NCBI GenBank assembly: GCA_021613535.1
Contig: CP075494.1
Span: 620,001-684,000 of the forward strand
DNA: 64,000 nucleotides
Direction of reading: 5' to 3'
Source: Adineta vaga
Lineage: Eukaryota; Animalia; Rotifera
Under the pieces are notes generated by a model that worked only from the letters and a program-made list of their open reading frames with translations, had not been told where the DNA came from and did not search any database. Positions 39,303-50,411 of this stretch are shown piece after piece (positions within the stretch are counted from its first letter, which is position 1; each line of letters opens with the position of its first letter). A program made the translations under genes and the position numbers.

Positions 39303-41716
39303 ATGCCAAAAATTGTTGAAACTAATACTTCATTTGAAGATATTGATACGAATCGGGACGGAAAGTAAGAATCAAGAATTTTTTGTCAAAATAATAAGTT
39401 TATAAATATATAGAATTGATAAGGATGAATTTCGAAAATGGGCTTCAAATAATGAAGGAATATCTTCTACAACGTATGAAACATCGACTAATGGTGTGTA
39501 CCTTCGTAATACTAGTGGTAGCCGATTGAATCGAAATAATTATGAAACATCGACAAGTGATATTTACCTTAATGGTAATAATACTAGACGATTGCAACGA
39601 AATACATATGATACACGCGGAACTGTAACAGTAACTAATGATTTGACGAATGAATCGGTGATTGAAACATATAGTTTGGAAGAGACCGATAGATATCTGG
39701 AAAGAGCAATTAATATTTATAGGGATCGTAATCCATTGGTTATTCGAAAAGCAGTAGTGGACAAACCAGTAACATATCAACAACGAATTCTTGTTCGATA
39801 TCTTCAACCACCAGCTGTTCGACCACCAGGAGTAATCAAACGAATATTTGTAAACACAATTTTACTAATGTTTATATGATTTTAGCCACTCATTATTAAA
39901 CAAGTGCGTGCACCTCAACCAGCACCACTTCCACCACTTATCATACGTCAATATATGCAAGCTGCTGTTGCACCACCTCCACTTATCTTACGTGAACGAC
40001 CGCCCACACCACCACCAGCTATTCCCAGTGAAACAGGTTAAAAAACAACAAAGTTGAATTACATATATGTATATGAGATTCATCAATATATTTCATTTTA
40101 TAGTTATTCGTCAGATAGCTGCTCTGCCTCCTCCACCACGATCAGTTATCATCGAACGTTTTCCACCTGCTCCGGAAAAACCACGTAAAAAGAATTATTT
40201 TCACTTTTGGTATTGTTGTTTTCTTACGATTTAGGTGACATTATCATTGAACGATGGCTTCCTTATGGACCTTTACCTGAACGTCGTACAATTGTTGAAG
40301 AGGCTTCGGGTGCTGCTGTAGCATATCCAGAACCACGGAATAAGATCATTATTTATGAACATATTGAACCACATGTAGTTCGACAATTTGAAAGAGAAGG
40401 TGTTGTCAGAGAAGATCCTGCCAATTATGTAGCTCGTTATGGGGATTCACTTTTAGATTCAACAACACTTATTAAAATGGCTCGTAATGCTGGCGTTTTT
40501 GAAGATCTAGTAAATTTTTTTTTCATATAATCGTTAAAAATATCTAATCGTTTTTTTTTCTAGTCTCCACCCGCATTACCATATTCGAATACACGTGAAA
40601 GTACCATCGATTATGAACTATCAAGTAGAGACAGATACGTACAGGGTAAGACTCATTTGTAATTTCTATATCCTATTCTTCTCCAAAAACCATCTTGAGG
40701 GTGTGGGTGAATGTGAGATATCTTTATTGCTTTCTACGTCACACAGACCCACACCCGCACCCATACTCTGAAATCTAAAACGAGTTAGTTGAATATTACA
40801 AGACTTTCACTCGATTTTATCTTACGATATTTTAAAATAGATAACCAATACATAAGCAGTAGATCGACTCGACGACAAGGATTATTTAATTTCTCTCAAT
40901 ATGGTCTGCTTCCATCTGATTGTGAGTATATCAGTTTCATAATATATCATAGCTAGTGGTCTTGTTTGCTTGCTGAAAATATTAGATACTCCTGGTATGA
41001 AACTTTCTCGGAAATTCGTACGACCAAGTAAGTCTATTCATATAATTTCGCCAGGTTGAATTGTATTGAATATATATAGCAAACTTCTCCTTTCCTTCAT
41101 CAACAATGTGGTCAATTAGAACTGCTAAATATAAGGCGCAAGTTACTGATGGTCAAATTACAAGTGTTACTGTGGAATTGATCGAAGACGGTACAATTAT
41201 TCATTCTCGTACAGTAACCGAACAAGAATACAAACGAGGTGAGGATAATCTATTCATAAGTCTATTACATATGTATGTAATCTTTTGTTTATTCATTCTA
41301 TTGTAGCAAATGTTTCTTCATCAGTTCCAAAATTGGCATGGAATGAGTTCATACAAGTCTTGCAAGTATTCATGTTAGGCAATAATCAGGAACGAGAATC
41401 TGACATTGCCCGCGCCTTCGATATTCTCGACCAAGGTAGAAGAGGTCTCTACAACCGAACAATCAGTCTATCGGATGGTCTGATTTCGCCTGATGAATTA
41501 CGAGCCTTTTTGTCAATCCTTACCGATGAAGTAATCTTTTAGTTTAATTGAAAAGTTGAGTTTATTTTGTCTTTAATCATTGTTTTGTTTTAGTATCGTG
41601 TTGATCTTTGTGTTTTTCTGGCTGACACAGATGGATCTGGGCAAATTAGCTTGTCTGAATTTACTCGAATGGTTAAGTCGGGATTGGCAAGAGATATTAT
41701 CTGCGAATGCATCTAA
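39303..41716 (+). CDS. Multi-exon calcium-binding protein: N-terminal EF-hand, proline-rich core, C-terminal EF-hand pair
   Basis: About 11 GT-AG exons (the 3' junctions from 40564 onward were checked and are in phase); EF loops DTNRDG.IDKDEF and DTDGSGQISLSEF; PPP-rich core (RYLQPP, IIIERWLPYGP); stop at 41714-41716. Confidence 0.8.
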
Positions 41717-43680
41717 TCGTCTGAATAGATTTGACGAGAACTTTTAAAATGCTTTTGAAGGGGATGCTTTTTTAATCTAGATTATAGAATAAAATTTGGT
41801 GAAAAATTACAATGAGTTTCATACGAAAAGAGAAAATAGCCTTAATCTTTCTCTGTCTGTTTCTATTGGCATTCAGCAGTGAATTATCTTTAACATGTGT
41901 GTTGCAGAGGATTCTACTTAGTTTTCTCTTCTCAAAGAAAAACTAGACAATAATGAATGAAGCATAAAAACAAATAAAACAATATCTTAGATAATTATGA
42001 TAATTTCATGTTTTTCATACTACAGTAGTTGCTCTTTTTCTTTATCATTCGAAATATCCACCGAGATGTATACATGTCAAGTTCAATAAATTTCTCATAA
42101 CGAATCAAAGTAAAAAAAATATTTCTAGTTACCATTGATAAGAAGAATCATTTAAAAAACCTCCGACGAACTTTGTTGAGGAAACCAATACTTCGAGATA
42201 TTGGAGTACAAGCACTATTATCAAAACTAAAATTTTCTACAGAAAAGAACACTGAAATTGAATTTGTCTGACAGACACAGCGAAATAAGCCATCCAAATG
42301 GCAAACCCAAAGTGCCAATCTATTCAAACAACTATAGAACATTTTCTTTTCAGGTAAAAAGCCTTTTTTTTGCAATCATATCTTCGACCGTAAAACAATG
42401 AAATTATCGGTTATCATTTTTTCCAAGAATACTGAATAAAAGAGAAAAAATACAAATAGAATCACACCTTAGCATGCTTCTTCTACTCAGCGATCAAATT
42501 ACGTATAAAAGCTCAACATAAATATTATCAGAACAAGTCATTTGATACATATTGTTGAAATGTTTCGTAAACTCCGTCTGATGATATCCATAGACAAGAT
42601 CGAAATCGCGATAACAGTGGAGTGAGCCATTCGGTAGTTATTATTCTTTACATCACGATACAATAACTGATATTTTCGTAGCAATAGTGTAGGTGTGACT
42701 ATCTTTTCTTTATCAAATGATCAAGTGACAGATTTTTGCATGTATCAGGAAAAACTACAGAAGTATGTCGTTAATTTCAATTACGAGTGGGATTTTCATC
42801 ATGTTTCATCACGCAATTCATTTACGTGTGTTATTATTCTCCGCTATTCACTTCCTATGACTTTTTGTTGACGACGCGACAGTTTACCTTTTTGAGTCAT
42901 GGTTGAATGTACTTATAAAAGCTGTTTGTTTTTTCTGATTTTGTTTTAGTTCGGTATGTTCTTTCTTGATCGACAGCATCACTTTCGAATATGAGACGAC
43001 GATGCCTACTCTTATCTATATTAAATTTCAATCCTTCACTGTCTTATTAAATATATACCATTAGTTGCATATTTACAGCAGCTCTTTCCAATCTTCTCGT
43101 CTTCTGAGAGAGCTGAAAGTGTGTCTCTAAAAACGCGGGAAGTGTGACGCTGCTATTTCGTTTGCACTTTTCTATTAGCAATCTTTATTTCACAATTTTA
43201 GATAATATTTCTTCTAATTATTTGATATGTTTCGTCATGTGCACAATCGTGTTCGTTTCAACTATTTAGCTAGTACCGTCGACAAGCAGATATCGTACTA
43301 TGGTAAGACCTACTGCATAGATCTCTGTGTGATACTCCATCCTTTTTCGTATTTTTCGTAACAAAATCTATGTGCAAGACTTCTGTTATTTCATTGAAAA
43401 ATCGATTAAGTGACAACGCCTCTCGTAGAAAGCTATAGTGCAGATCGATTGGTTTCTTTGATTGTCTCGAATTGAAATAATACTGATGTGCTCGCAAATA
43501 GCGTTATATTATGAATATATGAGTGATATGATAAAAAAGATTTCCAATACAAGATCTATCGAACAGTTGTATGTTTACATTCTTATTCTTGTTGCGTTTT
43601 CAGGTGGAACTTCTACAAGAATACTTCCGTCACGGACACAATCAACGAGTCCTGTTGGTCAAACACGAGAGGTTAACTCG

Positions 43681-44940
43681 ATGAGGGAACAATTTCGTCA
43701 AAATATGCAAAAATATTTCGAATCTTCTACTACGGGAAAAGGTCTCATTGATTTTCTTTCGTTAGCGCATCCAGATCGAATTGGTATCCACATCGATAAC
43801 AATGACTATTTGCATTTGTCATACGATCCAAATTTATTTGTTTCTGACGCACGTATATTTGATGCTTACAACGTTATTCCAAAAATCGAAAACACGGCCT
43901 TTCAAACTTCATTGAGTCAGAAGCAGACAGTTCCCATTCATCGACAGGGATCAGATAACATTATGTCAGGAGTATTTTTACAACAGGATTGTCTTCAAGA
44001 TCAAGTGTCTGACTTGTTAGCGAAGCAAATACTCGGGAAAGATAGCGTATATTTAGCTCAAAGTGGATATGCCGCTAATTACGGTCTACTTCAAGCAATA
44101 GTTATCCCGGCGACGAGTCACGTCTATATCGATACCGCTGCCCATGAATCACTTTGGCAAGGTGCCAGCCGTGGTATTATCCACAAGATCAAACATAATT
44201 GTCTAGACGATCTCGAACAAAATCTTCGTAAATTTGGTAGTGGTATTATTGTTGTTGACTCTCTCTACTCGGCGAAAGGCTCGATTGCCAATCTGGTAGA
44301 ACTATGTGATCTCAAGGAGCGATACAACTGCATGTTGGTAGGCGATGAATCTCATTCAATTGGATTGTACGGACCTCATGGTCGTGGTCTTGCAGCATTA
44401 GCGAATGTGACAAATCGTATTGACTTTATTACAGGTAGTCTGGCTAAAGCATATTGTGTTCGTGCAGGATTTATTGCCGGTCGTGCCGAGGAAGTATTGT
44501 ACGTGAGAGAAAAATCGTCATCGTCGATATTTAGTAGTGCACTTATGACTTGGGATTTGCAATGTCTTCAACGTGCTATCGCAATCATTTACAATGCAGA
44601 TAATAAGCGAAAAAGACTAATGGATCTTGCAACAGTCGTACGTCATGCTGCAGTGACATTAAAATTTGATGTCGAACAGCCATCGTTGCCAAGTCCCATT
44701 CTATGTCTGAACGGTGGACCAAATATACTTTCGAAAAAACTTCAAATCTACTTCGAAAACGCAGGTATTTCAGGTGCCATATTCGTAGCACCTGCTACAC
44801 CCGCTACTCGATCTATCTTGAGACTCACATTGCATGCGGGCTTATCGGATGAAAACGTCGCAAGAATAATCAGTACACTCGAATCTATTGCTCGATGTCA
44901 TCGCGCTGATCTTCCACATACATTTTTAAAGCATTCTTAA
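43681..44940 (+). CDS. PLP-dependent alpha-oxoamine synthase, CqsA/LqsA (alpha-hydroxyketone autoinducer synthase)-like
   Basis: Motifs NDYL, MSGVFLQ, LAQSGYAANYGLLQ, VYIDTAAHESLWQGA, GIIVVDSLYS, DESHSIGLYGPHGRGL, GSLAK (PLP lysine), IFSSAL, PAT and RLTL. The reading frame is open from 43462; a candidate acceptor at 43603 and a 33-nt exon at 43270-43302 suggest spliced 5' exons. Confidence 0.88.
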   Translation: MREQFRQNMQKYFESSTTGKGLIDFLSLAHPDRIGIHIDNNDYLHLSYDPNLFVSDARIFDAYNVIPKIENTAFQTSLSQKQTVPIHRQGSDNIMSGVFLQQDCLQDQVSDLLAKQILGKDSVYLAQSGYAANYGLLQAIVIPATSHVYIDTAAHESLWQGASRGIIHKIKHNCLDDLEQNLRKFGSGIIVVDSLYSAKGSIANLVELCDLKERYNCMLVGDESHSIGLYGPHGRGLAALANVTNRIDFITGSLAKAYCVRAGFIAGRAEEVLYVREKSSSSIFSSALMTWDLQCLQRAIAIIYNADNKRKRLMDLATVVRHAAVTLKFDVEQPSLPSPILCLNGGPNILSKKLQIYFENAGISGAIFVAPATPATRSILRLTLHAGLSDENVARIISTLESIARCHRADLPHTFLKHS

Positions 44941-45119
44941 TAAATGAGCCAATGAGAAAGATCCAAATCATGAAGTATTTTACACTTATTTAAATTTCAA
45001 ATACGTTTTTTTCAATCACTATTTTGAATTATGTATTAGATTTTTCAATAATCTAAAAGCAATACAAGTCAATTAATTAATGATGATTATTATTATTTAA
45101 TAAATTTAAAAAAGTAGTC

Positions 45120-47234
45120 TTATTCATTTGAAGATAAAATAAACTTGTGTACTCGATGATTTTGCATATCGCCTACATAAAAATTACCGTGTCTATCGAA
45201 TGACAAACCGACAGGCCAATTCAATTGATTTGATTGTCCTCTGTTTTCTCCACCAACAATGATATTTCCTTGTGTGGCTCCTTTGATCCAACGCATGATT
45301 CGAGCATTACCAGCATCAGCTACGTAGACTGTACCCAATCGATCGACAACGACTCCTTCAGGAAAAGACAATTGTTTAAGTTCATTTCCCGTATTGTGAC
45401 CACCAGCTACAATAATTCCTTGTTTTGCACCTTCTTCCCATTTCATCACACGATGATTTTTATATTCAGATACATATACTGAACGATCTTGATTGACAAA
45501 TACATATGTAGGGTGAGAGAGTTGATCGAGGCGGTTTCCACTTCCATTCCCACCTGCAACTACTATCCCTTCAGATTCTCCTCTTTCAAATCGCCTTACT
45601 TCATGTCGCTCATCATCAGTGACATACAATGCTCCCTTCTCATCCATTGTTAAACCCCAACAACTGATATTCGAAATCATCGTTTCTCCATTTGTACCAT
45701 TCCCACGACGCCATTGAACAACTCTTCTGTTCGAACGATCGCAGAGGATGAGACTATTTCCAATTTTATCCAAAATCACATCTCTTGGGTTTGCCAATTT
45801 ATAAGTCGAATTTCTACCAGCAACTACTCGACCATTCACTGCACCCGATTTCCATTCCGTAATACGATTATTTGCCCACTCAGAGACATAGACAGTTTCA
45901 TTATCATCAACATATAAACCTAGTGGCTGGTAGAGTTGATTGGCTTTATTGCCTGCTTCCTTTCCTCCAGCTACAGTGACACCATTTTCTGTCCATTTTG
46001 CATTCGGATAAATATCAATACTAGGTGATCGTAATGGTGCTGAAATAAAATTAAAATATGAAGCAAAATTCAATATCAAACTGAATAGCAGAGACGATCG
46101 TTTTTATAACTCTCTCTTTATAGACCAAAAGGCGAAACATAGATGATGGTGAACTTTGGTGAATGACTGATGAAAAGGATTAAATATAACATATCAAATA
46201 CTGATTTTATAGATCATAAATCTTGGACAATTATTTTTGTTCAAGATCTAACAAGACCGAGATAGTCTTTGAGATTCTTATATTTGGCAAAGATGTTTCA
46301 TTAAAAATCGAACTATTTAACTGACTTTCATGCTATCATAAGAAAATAAGTATTTATAGAATCGAGTTTAGATTTCAATACAACGCGGTTAAAATAATTA
46401 CGTGGTTTTTTGAATTGTTCCATTTTATACTTCAACTCTGGAATTTTTTCAATAGATTGATTATTCGATGTTTCCAACAGTTGAATTCTTACAATGAATA
46501 GATTATGCAATATTTTCAATCGATCAATATCAATGAAATTCTTAATAGAAAAAAATATTAATATTCCACATCCAACAATCAATAATAAGATAAATAATAA
46601 TAGAAATTTCCACATCTTTCTTCAGTTTACTAATTGTTTCCTTTTGTAAGTTGGAGGTTGTGGTTTTTCATTTGAGTTCATCATTGGTATTTGATTAATA
46701 TTTGTATTATTACCACAAGTATTTTTTTCATTAACGAGAACTAAATTAGATTTTCGATAAATGTAAAATATAAATATAGTTAAATGCTTACGTTGTGGCA
46801 TAGAATATTTATCTTCATTTTGATGTTGATCTTCAAGAATTTGATTTAACATTGGTGGCATTATCATTGATAGACTTTCAACTGATTGGTTTTGTCCATC
46901 TGATTGATTGTGTCTTCGATATTCTAGATTAATAAAATACAAAAGGAAATAAATTTAAAATAAACAAAACAAAAAACTTACCTCTTAATAATTTCATAGC
47001 ATCAATACATTGAATTTCATCAAATGCATTTATTAAAAAAGTAAAATCTTTTTCATTGATTTTATCTTGATCAAAAAGAGAATCCATAAGACTGAGTGTT
47101 CCACTAAGTGTTGGATCATCTCGAATTCGTCGTGGTACATCATTGCCGAGATAGAAATGTAAACGTTTTCGATCATCGTTACTAAGACGATCTTGTAATT
47201 TCAAAATAATAGCACGCAAACGATGATTATCCAT
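45120..47234 (-). CDS. DED (death effector domain)-TM-NHL repeat membrane protein, interrupted by one in-frame stop
   Basis: Exon 1 MDNHRLRAIILKLQDRLSNDDRKRLHFYL...LMDSLFDQDKINEKDFTFL (DED-like); all introns phase 1; TM WKFLLLFILLLIVGCGILIFF; last exon (about 46040-45120) encodes NHL repeats; TGA at 46622-46624 is in frame just before the TM. Confidence 0.75.
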
Positions 47235-47674
47235 AAATGCGTATGGTTTCTGCAATAAAATAATAACTCATGTTGAAGATTTAATGTAGAAATACTTTAC
47301 CTTTTTCTCTCTTATATGATGAAACAGATTATCTATATCCTATTATGATTCAATAACTTCTTATCAAACAATTTCTCTTACACATAAAATAAAAACAAAC
47401 AAAATAATAATACGATATGGTCGATGGCAAAGAACACACAAAAAAAAGAAAAAGAATTAGAGAAGCACATGCAGAACGAGTGCTATAGACGCAAAGTATA
47501 AGTTACAACGATACAGAACAGAAAGAAAAGAGAACAATAATCGAGAAAGGATTACTTGAAGGACTTTATAAATAATGGTAATCTTTATTTTGTAATAGAT
47601 TTCTCTGACCGATTTAATACCAAGGATGTGGATGTGGATGTGGATTCAATTGTTATTATACCCTCGCAGCGAAA

Positions 47675-49777
47675 TCAATGATCCTCATTTTCATTCTCAA
47701 TTAATGACGTTAATTTTTGACGAATAATCTGAAGTGTATTTTGAAAGGATTGTGTATTTGGATGTATTTCGCCTAATGCACGAGTACTTAATTCAATAGC
47801 TTTAAGACTATAATCTAATGCATCTTGATAAAAACCTTTATGATAATAAGTAAACGCGATATTATTATAAGTAATTGCTAATGATGGATGTTCAATAAGT
47901 AAAGATTTTGTTTCTATATCTAAACATTTTTTATACATATTCAAAGCTTGATCATAGCGTTTTTGTTCATAATATATAGTAGCTAAGTTATTTAATGATT
48001 CAGCAATAGTTGGATGTGTTGATGGTAAATTTCGTATCCAAATAGTCAAAACTTTCTGAAATTGTTCAATAGCTTCATCGATTTTATTTTGATCATGTAA
48101 GATCATACCCATACAATGAAATCGAGCTGCTAAAATAGTTTCATGATTTGAATGACGTTGATCAATGTCAAGAGCTTGTTGAATATATATAAGAGCAACA
48201 TCAAGTTGACCTAATTCACGATAAACACCACTCATATTAGCAAATGTAAGAGCAAATTCTGGATCATCATCTGATAAATACGACAATTTAATTGCAAGTG
48301 ATTGTTCATATTCTGTAATAGACTTTTCTAATTCTCCCATTTCATGATAGATAAAACCGATTTGATGATGTAATGCTGCTTGAGATTGTTGATCACTATT
48401 ATTCACTTCATTCAATGCTAATTGTAAAAACTGTTTCGCTTCTGTATATTTTCCAATATTAAGTAACAAATTGTATAGACGATCTCTTGGTGTAGCGTGT
48501 TGCACTTGTTCCCGCATATATCGAGTTAATTCAGTCAGTTGAAGATCATTAGCGTTCGTTAATGTCAATTCAACAAGCCAAAAATCGTCATGTGAATTTT
48601 GTTGTGTGATATTTTCAATGCGAAAGACAGTTCCCATGGAAAAGAGAACTTCATTTTCACCATCACCAAAGAAACTTATTTCATCAATTTGAGCAAAGAC
48701 TGGCATATCAGTATCATTATTTCGTGCATGAATCTTTAGTAGAACAGCAGTGATATTATCATCCAATAATGCATTATTACCAGCAAACATTTCAGCTACA
48801 TCTCTATTTTTACTAGTTGATAAGAAAATATTGATCGATAAAAGACCACCTTGATTATTTTTTAATTTAAGAAATTCATTAGATGACATTTGTTGACCTC
48901 GATAGAGAATAATTTCATTGAAATCTGAAGAGTTAATAGAATTATTTTGTTGATAATGATGCAAATAAACAAGTTGTTCGTGAAGTTCTTTAACAAATAA
49001 ACGCATAGCATAAAGCGTTTCAATATCTTGTAATCGTAACGCTTTATTTAACATTTTATACATAAATCCATCTCGAGTATACCACCAAATCGATGAATGA
49101 TTTTGATAATTCTTTTCCAATTCATCAATACGATTGAGTTCTTGATGATTATCAACATATTTTCGACGACAATATTCAATCATTTCCGTTAAATTACTAG
49201 TTTCATTATTAGCAATATCTAAAAGATATTCTTTAAGTAATTGAGCGTACATGAAATTTGCTTCTTGTTCATCATTAGTTGAATTTTCATTTCCAATAAC
49301 ATTGAAACCGATCAAATTGTGTTCACATATTTTAACATCTTTTCGTAATTGTGCACAGATATTTGTCATAGAAGAGAATATACCTCGACATTTTTTATGT
49401 TTTTCAAGGTATAGTTCTTGTTGATTGCTCGTTTTCTCTTCATAGAATATATAAAATAAATGAATTTGTCTTAATTGATTCAATATTTGTTCAAGACTAG
49501 TCTGTATACTCGAAGAATTGGTAATAATCAAAAATATATATTCATTTTTAATATCAGTTATATAATCAATAAATATATCGATATCATTGAATACGTGTAT
49601 GTCATTGAAAATGTGATGAAATTCGTCAATAAATATTGAATATTTCTTCGCATCACTATTTTCACTGATTGAGATGTCGAACCAAATGAGAGTTAAGTTT
49701 TCTGCATTTTGCTGACGAGTTTTACTGAGATCGTCTCTTATTCTTATTGAACGTTCTGAAAATGATTCAATTTGCAT
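47675..49777 (-). CDS. NAD:arginine-type ADP-ribosyltransferase domain plus TPR-repeat protein
   Basis: R-S-E motifs LYRGQ, FLSTS and ENEVLF; WWYT motif; C-terminal TPRs (HPTIAESLNNLA, HPSLAITYNNIA). Confidence 0.9.
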   Translation of the reverse strand: MQIESFSERSIRIRDDLSKTRQQNAENLTLIWFDISISENSDAKKYSIFIDEFHHIFNDIHVFNDIDIFIDYITDIKNEYIFLIITNSSSIQTSLEQILNQLRQIHLFYIFYEEKTSNQQELYLEKHKKCRGIFSSMTNICAQLRKDVKICEHNLIGFNVIGNENSTNDEQEANFMYAQLLKEYLLDIANNETSNLTEMIEYCRRKYVDNHQELNRIDELEKNYQNHSSIWWYTRDGFMYKMLNKALRLQDIETLYAMRLFVKELHEQLVYLHHYQQNNSINSSDFNEIILYRGQQMSSNEFLKLKNNQGGLLSINIFLSTSKNRDVAEMFAGNNALLDDNITAVLLKIHARNNDTDMPVFAQIDEISFFGDGENEVLFSMGTVFRIENITQQNSHDDFWLVELTLTNANDLQLTELTRYMREQVQHATPRDRLYNLLLNIGKYTEAKQFLQLALNEVNNSDQQSQAALHHQIGFIYHEMGELEKSITEYEQSLAIKLSYLSDDDPEFALTFANMSGVYRELGQLDVALIYIQQALDIDQRHSNHETILAARFHCMGMILHDQNKIDEAIEQFQKVLTIWIRNLPSTHPTIAESLNNLATIYYEQKRYDQALNMYKKCLDIETKSLLIEHPSLAITYNNIAFTYYHKGFYQDALDYSLKAIELSTRALGEIHPNTQSFQNTLQIIRQKLTSLIENENEDH

Positions 49778-50363
49778 TGGAATCTTTTGTCGCCGTTGTT
49801 TTTTATGTATAGTTCTGCAATTAATAATAGCCTTGCATAATAAGTCTTATGAGAATCTGAATTGTAAAATATAATGCAAGAAAAGCAATTAATTTTACTT
49901 ACCTATACATGTTTACTTCACAGGTAAATATGAGTATTACTCATTTTTTTTCTTTCATGTTATTATTTATGACATTTTTCATCTATAATTACCAACAAAA
50001 ATATATATTTTCATTTATTTATTTTAACATACCTTCGTTATTCTTATTTCGATGAAAAATACGATTTGACTGACAATATTACATTTGAAGAGTGAATAAA
50101 GGCATTAGAAATGTATCAGATACATCATATAAAGAACGAGATATCACAATTGTTTAGTTACAATCTGTTTTTAGAAGAGTAATCATTTCCTATTACTCAT
50201 AACGTCATTCAGACTGCGTATCGTTTTTTCTCATCAATAAATACAATTGATCATTATAATTTATCATAGTAAATAACGAAGAAAATGATACCTTCCTGGT
50301 TGAAATATATTTGGAGCTCTCTACGACAAAAAATATGACGATGACATTATTACCGACGTTCAG

Positions 50364-50411
50364 CACTCATGACCAGTTTCGACCTTTCTCAAAAATCTCA
50401 TCAGATAGCTT
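50364..50411 (-). ncRNA. Degenerate minimal hammerhead ribozyme, same family as 8748-8795
   Basis: Minus strand reads aagctat-CTGATGA-gatttttgagaaaggtc-GAAA-ctg-GTC-atgagtg; core intact, stem I mismatched. Confidence 0.65.

Noticed and set aside
43462-43603. N-terminal 47 aa of the 492-aa ORF including a hydrophobic stretch
   Set aside because: Starts at a non-ATG codon and ends in a polypyrimidine tract plus CAG, so it is probably intron sequence rather than a signal or TM segment
43681-44940. Bacterial contamination as the source of the CqsA-like gene
   Set aside because: Flanked by AT-rich DNA and intron-containing genes, no operon partners such as cqsS/lqsR, and AATAAA overlaps the stop; read-level confirmation is still needed
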